From positions 96,001 through 160,000 of the forward strand of contig CAWGIE010000007.1 of assembly GCA_963822585.1 (NCBI GenBank): 64,000 bases of DNA. Reading direction: 5' to 3'. The position numbers were made by a program, and so were the translations under genes. A model generated the notes under the pieces. The model did not search any database and was not told the DNA's origin. It saw nothing but the letters and a program-made list of their open reading frames with translations. Origin of the DNA: an uncultured bacterium (GTDB taxonomy: Bacteria > Auribacterota > Erginobacteria > Erginobacterales > Erginobacteraceae). Shown here in pieces: positions 21,863 through 31,396 of the stretch (the first letter of the stretch is position 1; each line of letters starts with the position of its first letter).

Positions 21863-22441
21863 ATGACAGACCGGAAAGACAGGGAGATCATCGAGGAAGT
21901 ATTGGCCGGCAACGTCGATGCCTTTGAAGAACTGATCGTCCGCTACGAGAAGCGGGTATTCTCGATCGTGAGCCGGCATCTTCCCTCCGATAAAGTGGCG
22001 GAGACTGCCCACGAGGTCTTCTGCCGGGCATACCGGTCCCTGGGCGGTTACCGTCCCCAAAAACCTTTCGAGCACTGGATATCGAAAGTGGCGGTGCGAA
22101 CGTGCTGCGATTACTGGCGGCGGGAGAAACGGTCCCGTGAGGTCGTATTTTCCGCCTTCGCAAAAGACGGCCAGGAAGTGATGGAGGCCGTTCTCTCCGG
22201 AAAGGCGAACGATCAATACGATCTCGAACAGCGCCGGCTCCACGCCCGGGAACTTCTGGCCCGGCTCCTGGACCGGCTGTCGGCGGATGACCGGATGGCT
22301 CTTACCCTGACCTATCTGGAAGGGCATTCCCTGCGGGAAGCGGCCGAATTGACGGGCTGGAGCACGGCGGCGATCAAAATCAGGTGTCACCGGGCCCGGC
22401 GAACCTTGCAAAAATCCCTGGTGGATGAAACGGGAGGTTAG
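21863..22441 (+). CDS. ECF RNA polymerase sigma factor
   Basis: AFEELIVRYE, region 2 FEHWISKVAVRTCCDYWR, region 4 EGHSLREAAELTG..IKIRCHRAR. Confidence 0.92.
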   Translation: MTDRKDREIIEEVLAGNVDAFEELIVRYEKRVFSIVSRHLPSDKVAETAHEVFCRAYRSLGGYRPQKPFEHWISKVAVRTCCDYWRREKRSREVVFSAFAKDGQEVMEAVLSGKANDQYDLEQRRLHARELLARLLDRLSADDRMALTLTYLEGHSLREAAELTGWSTAAIKIRCHRARRTLQKSLVDETGG

Positions 22442-22443
22442 CC

Positions 22444-22767
22444 ATGAATGATAAAGAGGATAAGAACCAACGGCTGATGACGGCGCTGCGGGACGCGCAT
22501 AACAACCCTCCCCCCGTGCTTCCGGACCGGCCCTGGCGGCAGGAAGTGATGGGGGAGATACGCTCCCTGCGGCCGCCGATCCGGGGAGGAACGGAGCGCG
22601 TCATCGTTCCGCCGGCATTTTACCGGTTGGCGCCCGTTCTGACGGCGGCCTCGATAGCCGTTTTCGCCCTCGCCTGGTCAACCATGGGCGGTCTCTATAA
22701 CGAGCTGACCCTGCTCGCGCTGACCAATCTGCCCCGGACCGTCGAGCTGTATCTCTCCGGTCTTTAG
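22444..22767 (+). CDS. Putative anti-sigma factor (single TM)
   Basis: Starts 2 nt after the sigma stop; short cytoplasmic N-terminus plus one TM. Confidence 0.6.
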   Translation: MNDKEDKNQRLMTALRDAHNNPPPVLPDRPWRQEVMGEIRSLRPPIRGGTERVIVPPAFYRLAPVLTAASIAVFALAWSTMGGLYNELTLLALTNLPRTVELYLSGL

Positions 22768-22805
22768 AATCCACCCGCATGAAAATAAATAGAAAAAATA
22801 ATTAC

Positions 22806-22906
22806 TAACCACGAAGAACACGAAGTACACGAAGAAAGACAGGAGAAATATACCGATCATCTATATTTTAAAAATTTCTTCGTGATCTTCGTGTCCTTCG
22901 TGGTTA
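22806..22906. repeat. CACGAAG 9-mer periodic palindromic element
   Basis: TAACCACGAAGAACACGAAGTACACGAAG...CTTCGTGATCTTCGTGTCCTTCGTGGTTA. Confidence 0.85.
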
Positions 22907-22939
22907 AATAGTGAGCTTTTACCCCAAAGGAGAATATCG

Positions 22940-23344
22940 ATGAACCGCTGGAAATTCTGGATCGTGGCGGCCGCGCTCTTCGTCTCCGGCGCCCTTCTGG
23001 GGAGCGCCGGGACCGCCTTATATGTCAGGCATTCCCTCCGGCAGATAATGGCGGGTGATTCCACCATTGTCCACCGGGCCATCATGCGCCGGCTGACGCG
23101 GGAACTCGATCTGACGGACGAGCAGCAAACCCGGGCGAAAGAAGTTATCCGCGCCGGGCAGGAGCGCATGGCCGTCATCCGCCGGGAGACCGCCCCCCGG
23201 ATCGGCATGGCTATCGACGAAACCATCGCTGACCTGAAGAAGATCCTCTCGGTCGAACAGGGGCGGGATCTCGACCGCCTGGTGGGGAAGATGAAGTCCC
23301 GCTGGAATATCCCCGGGAGAGAGAAAGCGGCTGCCCTTCCCTGA
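22940..23344 (+). CDS. Periplasmic LTxxQ (Spy / heavy-metal-sensor-like) protein
   Basis: N-terminal TM FVSGALLG; ELDLTDEQ and ILSVEQ motifs. Confidence 0.65.
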   Translation: MNRWKFWIVAAALFVSGALLGSAGTALYVRHSLRQIMAGDSTIVHRAIMRRLTRELDLTDEQQTRAKEVIRAGQERMAVIRRETAPRIGMAIDETIADLKKILSVEQGRDLDRLVGKMKSRWNIPGREKAAALP

Positions 23345-23406
23345 CGGCGAAGATACGGATGTCCGCCGCAATGGTTCGTCCGGCGAAAGCCTTCGGGAAA
23401 ATTGCT

Positions 23407-23456
23407 TGTATCATCCCTCCTGTATTCTGTATCCTTTATTCCGTATCCGATACCTG
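23407..23456. repeat. GTATCCT-type 7-mer tandem repeat, single arm
   Basis: TGTATTCTGTATCCTTTATTCCGTATCC; similar tract at 46924-46975. Confidence 0.55.
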
Positions 23457-23519
23457 CGGGATTGCATAGATATTCAGTAGTGAAGAATAGTGCCAACGAA
23501 CGCCATAAGGAGGGGTATC

Positions 23520-24581
23520 ATGACAGCGCGCCTGTTCTCGGCCTACCTGTTGTCGCTTCTGTTGATCGTCCCTTCCGCCTTGCCGGCGGATAAGCTTCCC
23601 CTGGTCTGGATCGTCTCCACCGGGGGTACCATCGCCGAGAGGATCAATCCGGCCACCGGCGCCGCGGTGCCGGCCGTCTCCGGGGACGACCTGATCAAAG
23701 CGGTCCCCGACCTGGCCAAGGTCGCCCGGATCAAGGTCTTCTCCCTCTGCAATATCGACAGCTCTCACATGACCCCGGAGATCTGGAGGAAGCTGGCGTT
23801 GAAAGTCAACGAGCTGCTGGCCGACCCGGAAGTGAAGGGTGTCGTCGTCACCCATGGGACCGACACCATGGCCGAGGGAGCGTTCTTCCTGGAGCTGACC
23901 GTGACCTCGAAAAAGCCCGTGGTCTTCGTGGGGGCGATGCGGAACGCCTCCGATCTCAGCCCGGACGGTCCCGCCAACATCATGAATGCCGTCATCCAGG
24001 TCTGCTCCCCGGAGGGCACCGACTGGGGGGTGACGGTGACTCTCAACAACTACATCAACTCCGCCTGGTACGTGAAGAAGACCGAATCCACCAACCCCCA
24101 GACCTTTGTCTCCGGCCCGCACGGATACCTGGGCTATATAATGATGGGCAAGGTTCAGCGTTTGAACGACCAGCCGCGGTCCCTGAAGTTTCCCATCCCC
24201 GGGAAACTGCCGGAGGTCATCCCCCACGCCGCCTTCGCGGGCGATGACGGTTCACTGGTCCGCCGCGCCGTCGCCGACGGCGCGCGGGGACTGGTGATCG
24301 AAGGGGTGGGATCCGGGAACGTCAACCCGGAGGTCACCGCCGCGATCCAGGAGGCGCTGGACAAAAAAATCCCGGTCGTCATCACCACCCGGGTGGAGTG
24401 GGGGGGCGTGGTCCCGGCTTACGGGGACATCGGCGGGGGGGAATATCTGCAGAAGATGGGGTGCGTGTTGGGGGGGCAGATCGATACCTTCAAGGCTCGC
24501 CTTCTCCTCATGCTCGCACTCGCCCAAACCGACTTCTCGACGGAGAAGCTGAAATCGTACTTCGAGTATGACATTGACTGA
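23520..24581 (+). CDS. ansB: L-asparaginase, type II (exported)
   Basis: Signal peptide; STGGTIA, HGTDTM, GAMR..DG..N, GSGN motifs; AGGAGG RBS. Confidence 0.88.
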   Translation: MTARLFSAYLLSLLLIVPSALPADKLPLVWIVSTGGTIAERINPATGAAVPAVSGDDLIKAVPDLAKVARIKVFSLCNIDSSHMTPEIWRKLALKVNELLADPEVKGVVVTHGTDTMAEGAFFLELTVTSKKPVVFVGAMRNASDLSPDGPANIMNAVIQVCSPEGTDWGVTVTLNNYINSAWYVKKTESTNPQTFVSGPHGYLGYIMMGKVQRLNDQPRSLKFPIPGKLPEVIPHAAFAGDDGSLVRRAVADGARGLVIEGVGSGNVNPEVTAAIQEALDKKIPVVITTRVEWGGVVPAYGDIGGGEYLQKMGCVLGGQIDTFKARLLLMLALAQTDFSTEKLKSYFEYDID

Positions 24582-24631
24582 GAGATCAGCGAACCGGATA
24601 CTTCGACACGCGTTTCGATGGTTTTTAAGCG

Positions 24632-24716
24632 GGAGTAATGGAGTGATGGAATAATGGAGTAATGGACTCCGCCATACATTCCCAACACTCCACCATTCCA
24701 TTACTCCATCACTCCA
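24632..24716. repeat. ATGGAGTA 8-mer periodic palindromic element
   Basis: GGAGTAATGGAGTGATGGAATAATGG...CCAACACTCCACCATTCCATTACTCCATCACTCCA. Confidence 0.85.
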
Positions 24717-24786
24717 TTCAGACGTAACCTGTATTTCGAATAATTCATTAAACACGGTTTCATTTCAACCACGGAGGTATAAGCCC

Positions 24787-26385
24787 ATGGACAGAGCGAA
24801 AGTCGAAAAAAAATACGAGGCGTTGAGCCCTTTCGAGCTGAAGGACCAGCTGATCGCGATGGCGCAGAACCCCCGGATCAAGATGATGCTCAACGCCGGG
24901 CGGGGCAACCCGAACTGGGTCGCGGTCTTCCCCCGGCTGGCCTTCTCGATCCTGACAATATTTGCCATCGAGGAAGCGCACCGGGTGATGAGCCGTCCCG
25001 GTATCGCCGGCGCGCCGGACTCCAAGGGGATGGGCGAGCGTTTTCTGGATTTCTGCAAGCGCAAAGCCGAGCAGCGGGGTACTCAGCTGTTGGAGAACGG
25101 ATATCAATACGTGACCGGGGAGCTCGGTCTGGACGGCGATTCCTTCATCGGAGAGATGGTCGATGGGATTCTGGGCGATCATTATCCGGTCCCCGACCGG
25201 GTCCTCAACAATACCGAGAAGGTCGTCCGGGCCTACCTCGATAATACCATGTGCGATAACCAGCCCCCGGCCGGGACGATGGACATTTTCGTCACCGAAG
25301 GCGGGACCGCCGCCATGACCTATATCTTCAATACTCTCAAGGAAAACTTCCTCCTCAACCCCGGCGACAAGATCGCCATCGGCACACCGATCTTCACCCC
25401 CTACATCGAAATCCCCCCTCTTAACGATTACCAACTGGTCGAGATCGAGGTTGAACAGGATGAGGACAGTAACTGGCAATATCCGGCCGCGGAACTGGAA
25501 AAGCTGGCCGATCCCGCCATCAAGGCCTTCTTTATCGTCAATCCCTCCAATCCTACTTCGGTGAGCATGGCCCAGGAATCGCTGGACAAGATCGCCGAAC
25601 TGGTCAACACGCGGCGGAAGGACCTGATCCTCCTCACCGACGACGTTTACGGCACCTTCGTCAACGGCTTCAAGTCGCTGGTGGCCATCGCTCCGAAAAA
25701 CACCATCCTGGTCTATTCCTACTCCAAGTACTTCGGGGCCACCGGCTGGCGGCTGGGGGCGATCGGGATCTACCAGGACAACGTGATGGACAAGATGATC
25801 GCCGCCCTCCCCGCGGAGAAGAAGCAGGAACTCTATGAGCGCTACAAGACCATCTCCACCGATCCGGCCTCCATCAAGTTGATCGACCGGATGGTGGCCG
25901 ACAGCCGGGCGGTCGCCCTCAATCATACCGCGGGGCTCTCCACCCCCCAGCAGGTGATGATGGTCCTCTTCTCGCTCCAGGAACTCCTCGACTCCGACTA
26001 CCACCTCTACAAGAAAGAGATGCAGGCCATCGTCCACGAACGCTATGAGACCCTCTACCAGGCGTTGGGGACCGAGGGGCCGGAGCTGCCCTTCTACGCC
26101 TGTTATTACACGACGATCGACATCCGCAAGCTGGCCCGGGAGCGCTACGGGGACGCTTTCGGCGAATGGATGGAGAGCGCCCACGAGCCCATCGATTTCG
26201 TCTGGCGGCTGGCCCAAGAGAAGGGGATCGTCCTCATGGACGGCGGGGGATTCGACGCCCCCGAGATGTCGGTCCGGGTATCGCTCGCCAACCTCTTCAA
26301 GCCGGATTACGAGAAGATCGGCAAGGGCATCAGCGACCTCCTCGACCAGTACAAGAAGGAGTGGGAGAAAAGTAAAAAAAAGTAA
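24787..26385 (+). CDS. aspD: Aspartate 4-decarboxylase (PLP-dependent)
   Basis: LSPFELKD, LNAGRGNPNW, EGGTAAM, SYSKYFGATGWRLG, ALNHTAGLSTPQQ. Confidence 0.95.
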   Translation: MDRAKVEKKYEALSPFELKDQLIAMAQNPRIKMMLNAGRGNPNWVAVFPRLAFSILTIFAIEEAHRVMSRPGIAGAPDSKGMGERFLDFCKRKAEQRGTQLLENGYQYVTGELGLDGDSFIGEMVDGILGDHYPVPDRVLNNTEKVVRAYLDNTMCDNQPPAGTMDIFVTEGGTAAMTYIFNTLKENFLLNPGDKIAIGTPIFTPYIEIPPLNDYQLVEIEVEQDEDSNWQYPAAELEKLADPAIKAFFIVNPSNPTSVSMAQESLDKIAELVNTRRKDLILLTDDVYGTFVNGFKSLVAIAPKNTILVYSYSKYFGATGWRLGAIGIYQDNVMDKMIAALPAEKKQELYERYKTISTDPASIKLIDRMVADSRAVALNHTAGLSTPQQVMMVLFSLQELLDSDYHLYKKEMQAIVHERYETLYQALGTEGPELPFYACYYTTIDIRKLARERYGDAFGEWMESAHEPIDFVWRLAQEKGIVLMDGGGFDAPEMSVRVSLANLFKPDYEKIGKGISDLLDQYKKEWEKSKKK

Positions 26386-26462
26386 TCAGTAATCGGTGAT
26401 CGGTAATCGGCGAAAGCGGTCAGCCGGTTACTGATTACTTGATTACTGATCACTGATTACTG
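26382..26462. repeat. GTAATCA 7-mer periodic palindromic element
   Basis: First unit contains the aspD stop TAA; right arm CTGATTA x5 ends just before the aspT RBS. Confidence 0.85.
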
Positions 26463-26483
26463 TCTTTCTAAGGAGGTGTTGGC

Positions 26484-28229
26484 ATGATCCATACTATCTT
26501 AGCGTTCCTGCGCGCGAACCCCTCTATTCTTCTCTTCGCGGCCCTGGCCGGGGGGTACGCTCTGGGAAAAGTCAAGTTCGGCAAGTCCTTCTCCCTCGGC
26601 TCCACCACCAGCGTCCTTCTGGTAGCGATCGTTCTGGGCGCGTTAATATTTCACGGCCATGACCAGGGGCTCGACCTGGGACTGATCAAGACCGTCTCTT
26701 TCGGGTTCTTCATCTTCGCCATCGGCTACAAGGTCGGTCCCGACTTCATCGGGGGACTGAAGCGCGGCGGGGTAAAATACGTTCTGGTCGCGGTCTTCTT
26801 CTGCGTGGTGGCGCTGATCGCCGCCGTTTTCCTGGCCAGGGCCTTCGGCCTCACCAAAGGCTACGCCGGCGGCCTGATGGCCGGAGCGCTGACCCAGTCC
26901 TCGATCATCGGGACCGCCGACGGGGCTATTCAGCATCTTGCCACCGGGAAGACCGTTTCCATCCTCAGTTCGGCCATCAATCTCAAATCCGAAGTGGCGG
27001 TGGCCTATGCCGTCACCTATATCTTCGGCACCGCGGGTCTGATCATTCTCCTCAAGGTGATCGGCAAGGTCTGGCGGATCGATCTTCCCGCCGAGGCCCG
27101 GAAAGCCCAGGCCGCTCTGGGTGCCGTCCAGGCCCAGGATACCCTGGAAGCCTTTCACTGGTCGAATCTGATCGTCCCCCGGGCGTATCATCTGGAAAAC
27201 CCGGATGTCATCGGGAAGACCGTTAAAGAGGTTGAAGAATCCTATCAGAAAGACGGCCCCTCCGACGCCTACCATGACGCCTATGTATCCATCATCAAGA
27301 TCAAGCGCGGAGACCAGGTCATCGACACCGTTGCCGAGGACATGAAATTGGAGAAGGGAGATGTCATTATCATCACCGGTCGGCGTTCCAGCCTCTTCGA
27401 TTCCTGCGTGGAATTCGGCCCGGAAGTTACCGACTCCGTCATCGAAGAGATGATCGGGGAGATCATCCCGATCTGCCTGACCAACAAGAAACTGGACGGG
27501 AAGACCTTCGATCAGATCTTCACCGATTACGGACACGGATGTTTCGTGAGGAGCGTCACCCGCCAGGGCCACGAGCTTCCCCTCGGCCCGCAGCTGAAAA
27601 TCTACCGGGGTGACATCATCAATGTGATCGGAGACCGGCCCGACGTGGAGGAACTGGTCCGGGTGATCGGCTACCCCGAACGGCAGTCAAATATAACCGA
27701 CCTGGTCACGGTGGGGATCGGACTCATCGTCGGAACCTTGATCGGTCTGGTGGCGATCAAGATCGGGGGCATCCCCATCACCCTCGGGGTGGGAGGAGGG
27801 GTCCTGGTCTCCGGTCTCTTCTTCGGCTGGCTCCGCTCGGTAAAGCCCACCTTCGGGCTGATCCCTACCGCGACGGTGTGGATTTTCACCGACCTGGGGC
27901 TGAACTTCTTCATCGCCTGCGTCGGGATCACGGCCGGTCCGCGGGCCCTCGACGCCCTGAGGACGGCGGGGATCAACATATTCCTGGCCGGGATCTGCCT
28001 GACCTCCATCCCCCATATCCTGACCTGGATCTTCGGCCTCTACCTGCTCAAGCTCAACCCGGTTCTTCTCCTGGGAGCGATGACCGGGGCCGGCACCTGT
28101 ACCGCGGCCATGAACTCGGTGAAGGAAGACGCCCAAAGCGCGGTGCCGGTGATCGGCTACACCGTACCCTACGCGATCGGGAACGTTCTCCTCACCGTCT
28201 GGGGGGCCTTGATTATTAGTCTTGTCTGA
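26484..28229 (+). CDS. aspT: Aspartate-alanine antiporter
   Basis: FIFAIGYKVGP, AGALTQS, YAVTYIFG, TrkA-C-like middle domains, GYTVPYAIGNVLLT; follows aspD. Confidence 0.93.
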   Translation: MIHTILAFLRANPSILLFAALAGGYALGKVKFGKSFSLGSTTSVLLVAIVLGALIFHGHDQGLDLGLIKTVSFGFFIFAIGYKVGPDFIGGLKRGGVKYVLVAVFFCVVALIAAVFLARAFGLTKGYAGGLMAGALTQSSIIGTADGAIQHLATGKTVSILSSAINLKSEVAVAYAVTYIFGTAGLIILLKVIGKVWRIDLPAEARKAQAALGAVQAQDTLEAFHWSNLIVPRAYHLENPDVIGKTVKEVEESYQKDGPSDAYHDAYVSIIKIKRGDQVIDTVAEDMKLEKGDVIIITGRRSSLFDSCVEFGPEVTDSVIEEMIGEIIPICLTNKKLDGKTFDQIFTDYGHGCFVRSVTRQGHELPLGPQLKIYRGDIINVIGDRPDVEELVRVIGYPERQSNITDLVTVGIGLIVGTLIGLVAIKIGGIPITLGVGGGVLVSGLFFGWLRSVKPTFGLIPTATVWIFTDLGLNFFIACVGITAGPRALDALRTAGINIFLAGICLTSIPHILTWIFGLYLLKLNPVLLLGAMTGAGTCTAAMNSVKEDAQSAVPVIGYTVPYAIGNVLLTVWGALIISLV

Positions 28230-28237
28230 CGGCCGAG

Positions 28238-29455
28238 ATGGAAGCGAAAACCAAACTGCCGGTTATCACCGCGTCTTTCATCATCCTCGGCAACTGCCTG
28301 GGCGTGGGCGTATTGGCCCTGCCGGTCAAATACGGCCTGGCCGGCTTCGTGCCCGCCCTGATCGGCATCTGCTGCATCTGGTTCCTGATGATGGTGTCGG
28401 CGTTCGTGATCGCCCATAAAATATGTGAGGCCAAAAGTGACACCTTCGATATCCCCTGGTTCTTCACCAACGCGCTGGGGGACACCACTAAGTGGCTGGC
28501 CATTGCCTGCAACCTGATCCTCCTCTACGGGGTCTTGACCGCTTATTTAAGCGGCATCTCCACAATGGCCGATCAGCTTTGCCACCCCCCGATTAACAAA
28601 GCTCTGCTGATCATCACCTACTTCATCATCACTACCGGCCTGGTTCTCTTCGGAGCCAAAGCATACGCTAAAGGCAACATCCTGATAATCATCGCGGTCT
28701 GGGCCTGCTTCTTCCTGCTGGTCATCAGCGGCGCGCGGCGGTTCGATCCGGCTCTCTTAAAGACGGTGGACTGGAAGTGCTTCCCGATCGGCCTGCCGAT
28801 CGCCGTCTCGGCCTTTCACTTTCACAACATTATCCCCACCGTAGCGAGGTCGCTCCACCATGACCCGAAAGCGACCCGGAAAGCGATCTTCCTGGGGATC
28901 TTCCTCGGCCTCGTCATCAACATGATCTGGGTGACCATCGTCCTGGGAAGCCTCGATCGCATGGGTGTCTCAGCGGATACTATCGAGGAGAGCTACTGGC
29001 ACCAGCTTCCGGCCAATGTCCCGATGGAAGATCTTCTTCATTCAAGAGTGTTTTTCGGATCCAGTTTCGTCTTCGCCATTCTCGCGGTAACCGCGTCCTA
29101 CATGGCCAATGGAACGGGGCTGCACGGCTTCATCCGAAATCTGACCAGCACCTATCTTAAAAGCGACAATCAACTGCTGATCGGAGCGCTCGCCTTTCTC
29201 CCGCCTCTGATCATCACCTTGATTTATCCCAGTATATTCCTGGGCGCGCTGGATATCGTGGGAGGAGTGGGCGAGTCGGTCCTCTTTGTGGCGCTGCCCG
29301 GATTGATCCTGGTCAAGATGGCGAAAAAACACTACCCGGTCCTGGCCGTCATCGGATATTTGATGTTCATCCTGGGCTGCCTGATCACCGCCTACGTCAT
29401 CGCCGACAAGATCGGCCTCGTCGACCTGGTCCCGCCTCTTCCGCCTTCGTCGTGA
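28238..29455 (+). CDS. HAAAP (Mtr/TyrP-like) amino acid permease
   Basis: GNCLGVGVLALP, LLYGVLTAY, AFHFHNIIPT, LAVTASY. Confidence 0.85.
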   Translation: MEAKTKLPVITASFIILGNCLGVGVLALPVKYGLAGFVPALIGICCIWFLMMVSAFVIAHKICEAKSDTFDIPWFFTNALGDTTKWLAIACNLILLYGVLTAYLSGISTMADQLCHPPINKALLIITYFIITTGLVLFGAKAYAKGNILIIIAVWACFFLLVISGARRFDPALLKTVDWKCFPIGLPIAVSAFHFHNIIPTVARSLHHDPKATRKAIFLGIFLGLVINMIWVTIVLGSLDRMGVSADTIEESYWHQLPANVPMEDLLHSRVFFGSSFVFAILAVTASYMANGTGLHGFIRNLTSTYLKSDNQLLIGALAFLPPLIITLIYPSIFLGALDIVGGVGESVLFVALPGLILVKMAKKHYPVLAVIGYLMFILGCLITAYVIADKIGLVDLVPPLPPSS

Positions 29456-29873
29456 TTTAAATAAATTGAGGAATGTTCCCGATGGATACATCTCAACCCC
29501 AGGAATTTCATCATAATCGGGAAAAATATGATGTCTCTGAAGCTGGACTGACGGGGACAGCTTGAAGATATCGCTATTTATCAAGAACGAATACAAGGAA
29601 GAATCGGCCGCGGCTATTCAATCTCGTTTCTGTAACAACAGCTGTATTTGAAACGTGGCCAGAATGCACCAATCCACCGGGGCCGCGGGGATTTGAGTAA
29701 CGGCCCCTAAACATCTGAGGGGGCGGGACGGCCACTGTCGGGGTTCCCTCTTCCGGGGTAACGATCCCTTGACTTCTTATTACAATTTCGCTATCTTAAG
29801 ACGGTTATAAGACGATAAAAAGAACGCCGGGTGCGGTTTTCGCCCGGCGTGTTTCGTGAAAATTATACGCATA

Positions 29874-30476
29874 ATGTATCCCAGCAGCCGCACATACCCC
29901 AAGCCAAGTCTGACTTTCCTGAAGACTTTTCTGCAGAACCCGATCGGGATCGGTTCCATCACCCCCAGTTCTTCCTCGCTGGCCCGGGAGATGATCCGGG
30001 GCCTGGATCTGAAATCGGGGGAGACCGTCCTGGAATTCGGGCCCGGAACCGGCTCATTCACTTCCCAGATCCACCGGATCATCCCCGATCCGAAAGACTA
30101 CCTGGGGATCGAGTGCGAGCCGGCGTTCGTCCGGCTGCTGAACAGACGCTTCCCGGACCTGGATTTCGTGGCCGCGGCGGCGGAGAACGTGAAGGAGATC
30201 TATGAAGAGGCCCGGCTGAACCCGATCAAGGTGATCATCTCCAGCCTCCCGGTCACCGGCGTGAAAAGCTCGATTCACGACCTGATTATCGAGAGCATCG
30301 ATCCCCTGATGCCGCCCGGGGGCATCTTCCGCACCTTTCAGTACGTCCACACCTACTGGCTCCCCGACTCGATCCGCTTCCGGAAAAAAATGAGCGCCTT
30401 ATACGGACGGCATTACCGTAGCCGGCCGGTCCTGGCAAACGTCCCCCCCGCTTTCGTCCTCTCCTGGACGAGATAG
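29874..30476 (+). CDS. PmtA-like SAM-dependent (phospholipid N-) methyltransferase
   Basis: FLQNPIGIGSITPSS, VLEFGPGTG, IISSLP, FQY, NVPPA; start uncertain. Confidence 0.78.
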   Translation: MYPSSRTYPKPSLTFLKTFLQNPIGIGSITPSSSSLAREMIRGLDLKSGETVLEFGPGTGSFTSQIHRIIPDPKDYLGIECEPAFVRLLNRRFPDLDFVAAAAENVKEIYEEARLNPIKVIISSLPVTGVKSSIHDLIIESIDPLMPPGGIFRTFQYVHTYWLPDSIRFRKKMSALYGRHYRSRPVLANVPPAFVLSWTR

Positions 30477-30537
30477 CTGGCAACGGGATCCATCTGGCAC
30501 CTACCCTTCGACAGCCAACGGATCAGCTGAAGGCACC

Positions 30538-30619
30538 ATGGAGTAATGGAGTGGTGGAATGATGGGGTAATGGGCGCCCGGCCTTCCAGTACTCCATTAC
30601 TCCACCACTCCATCACTCC
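30538..30619. repeat. ATGGAGTA 8-mer periodic palindromic element
   Basis: ATGGAGTAATGGAGTGGTGG...CCAGTACTCCATTACTCCACCACTCCATCACTCC. Confidence 0.85.
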
Positions 30620-30669
30620 GAAATCGGGGCGGGAGTCGATTTATCGGCATCCGCCCCGATTTCTTTTCC

Positions 30670-31140
30670 CTACTTCTCCGCCCAGTCCCGCAACTCCCGC
30701 TTGATCTTCTCCTCGATCTTCCGGCTGATCTCCTCCCATTCCGCGGTATCCTTCTTATCCTCTTCTCCGTCCAGCCAACTCTTGATCCCCCGGCGGACCT
30801 TTCTCTCCAGCTTCTCACCGATCTCGTCCCACTCCACCTCGGCCGGGCTCTTTTTCTTGCAGCCGGCGCCCCAGCTTCCCCCGAATATGATACAGACGCC
30901 GAGGAGGAAGCCGAAGTTATACCAGCCCCCGGTGTTATTGACTTCGTACATCTGCACGTTCTTGGTGAAGAGGCTGATGATAAAAGTCACGATACAGATC
31001 AAGCCGTGCCAGAGGCCGGCCCAGAAACCGGCCGGATGCTCGGCGAACCGCGATTCGGGCCCCGCCGCGCAACCCGCGATGGTGACGACTACCAGCAGAG
31101 AGACAATACCTATAGTCGCTGTCTTCCAGATGCCTTTCAT
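30670..31140 (-). CDS. Hypothetical membrane lipoprotein (PAGFWxGLWHG family)
   Basis: IAGC lipobox; AGFWAGLWHG..YEVNNTGGWYNFGF; duplicated C-terminal EW.EI motif; GGAGG RBS. Confidence 0.7.
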   Translation of the reverse strand: MKGIWKTATIGIVSLLVVVTIAGCAAGPESRFAEHPAGFWAGLWHGLICIVTFIISLFTKNVQMYEVNNTGGWYNFGFLLGVCIIFGGSWGAGCKKKSPAEVEWDEIGEKLERKVRRGIKSWLDGEEDKKDTAEWEEISRKIEEKIKRELRDWAEK

Positions 31141-31396
31141 ATCTCCTCCTTTCCCGGCCCCGATCGGGTGGTTGTCCGTCTAACTTTAGAGATCACCCAG
31201 ATTTCTCCGCCATGATATATGATATCCTGCTTTCCGTTCCACCCTATTTTTTATGCTTCACAATATTTTTTCAGATAGTATAATTCTCTCTACCGGGGTG
31301 ATTCCTATACCATATAGGCCGGAATCACGCTGATTCGGCATTTTCCCGACATCCGCCGAGATTCTGGAAGAAACTCACAATGAAAGGAGGTCCGCG

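Noticed and set aside
29456..29650. AT-rich stretch after the HAAAP permease
   Set aside because: Only very short ORFs and no recognisable motif
29660..29770. Possible cobalamin riboswitch (GCCACTG plus hairpins)
   Set aside because: Lacks the other B12-box elements, and the downstream gene is unrelated
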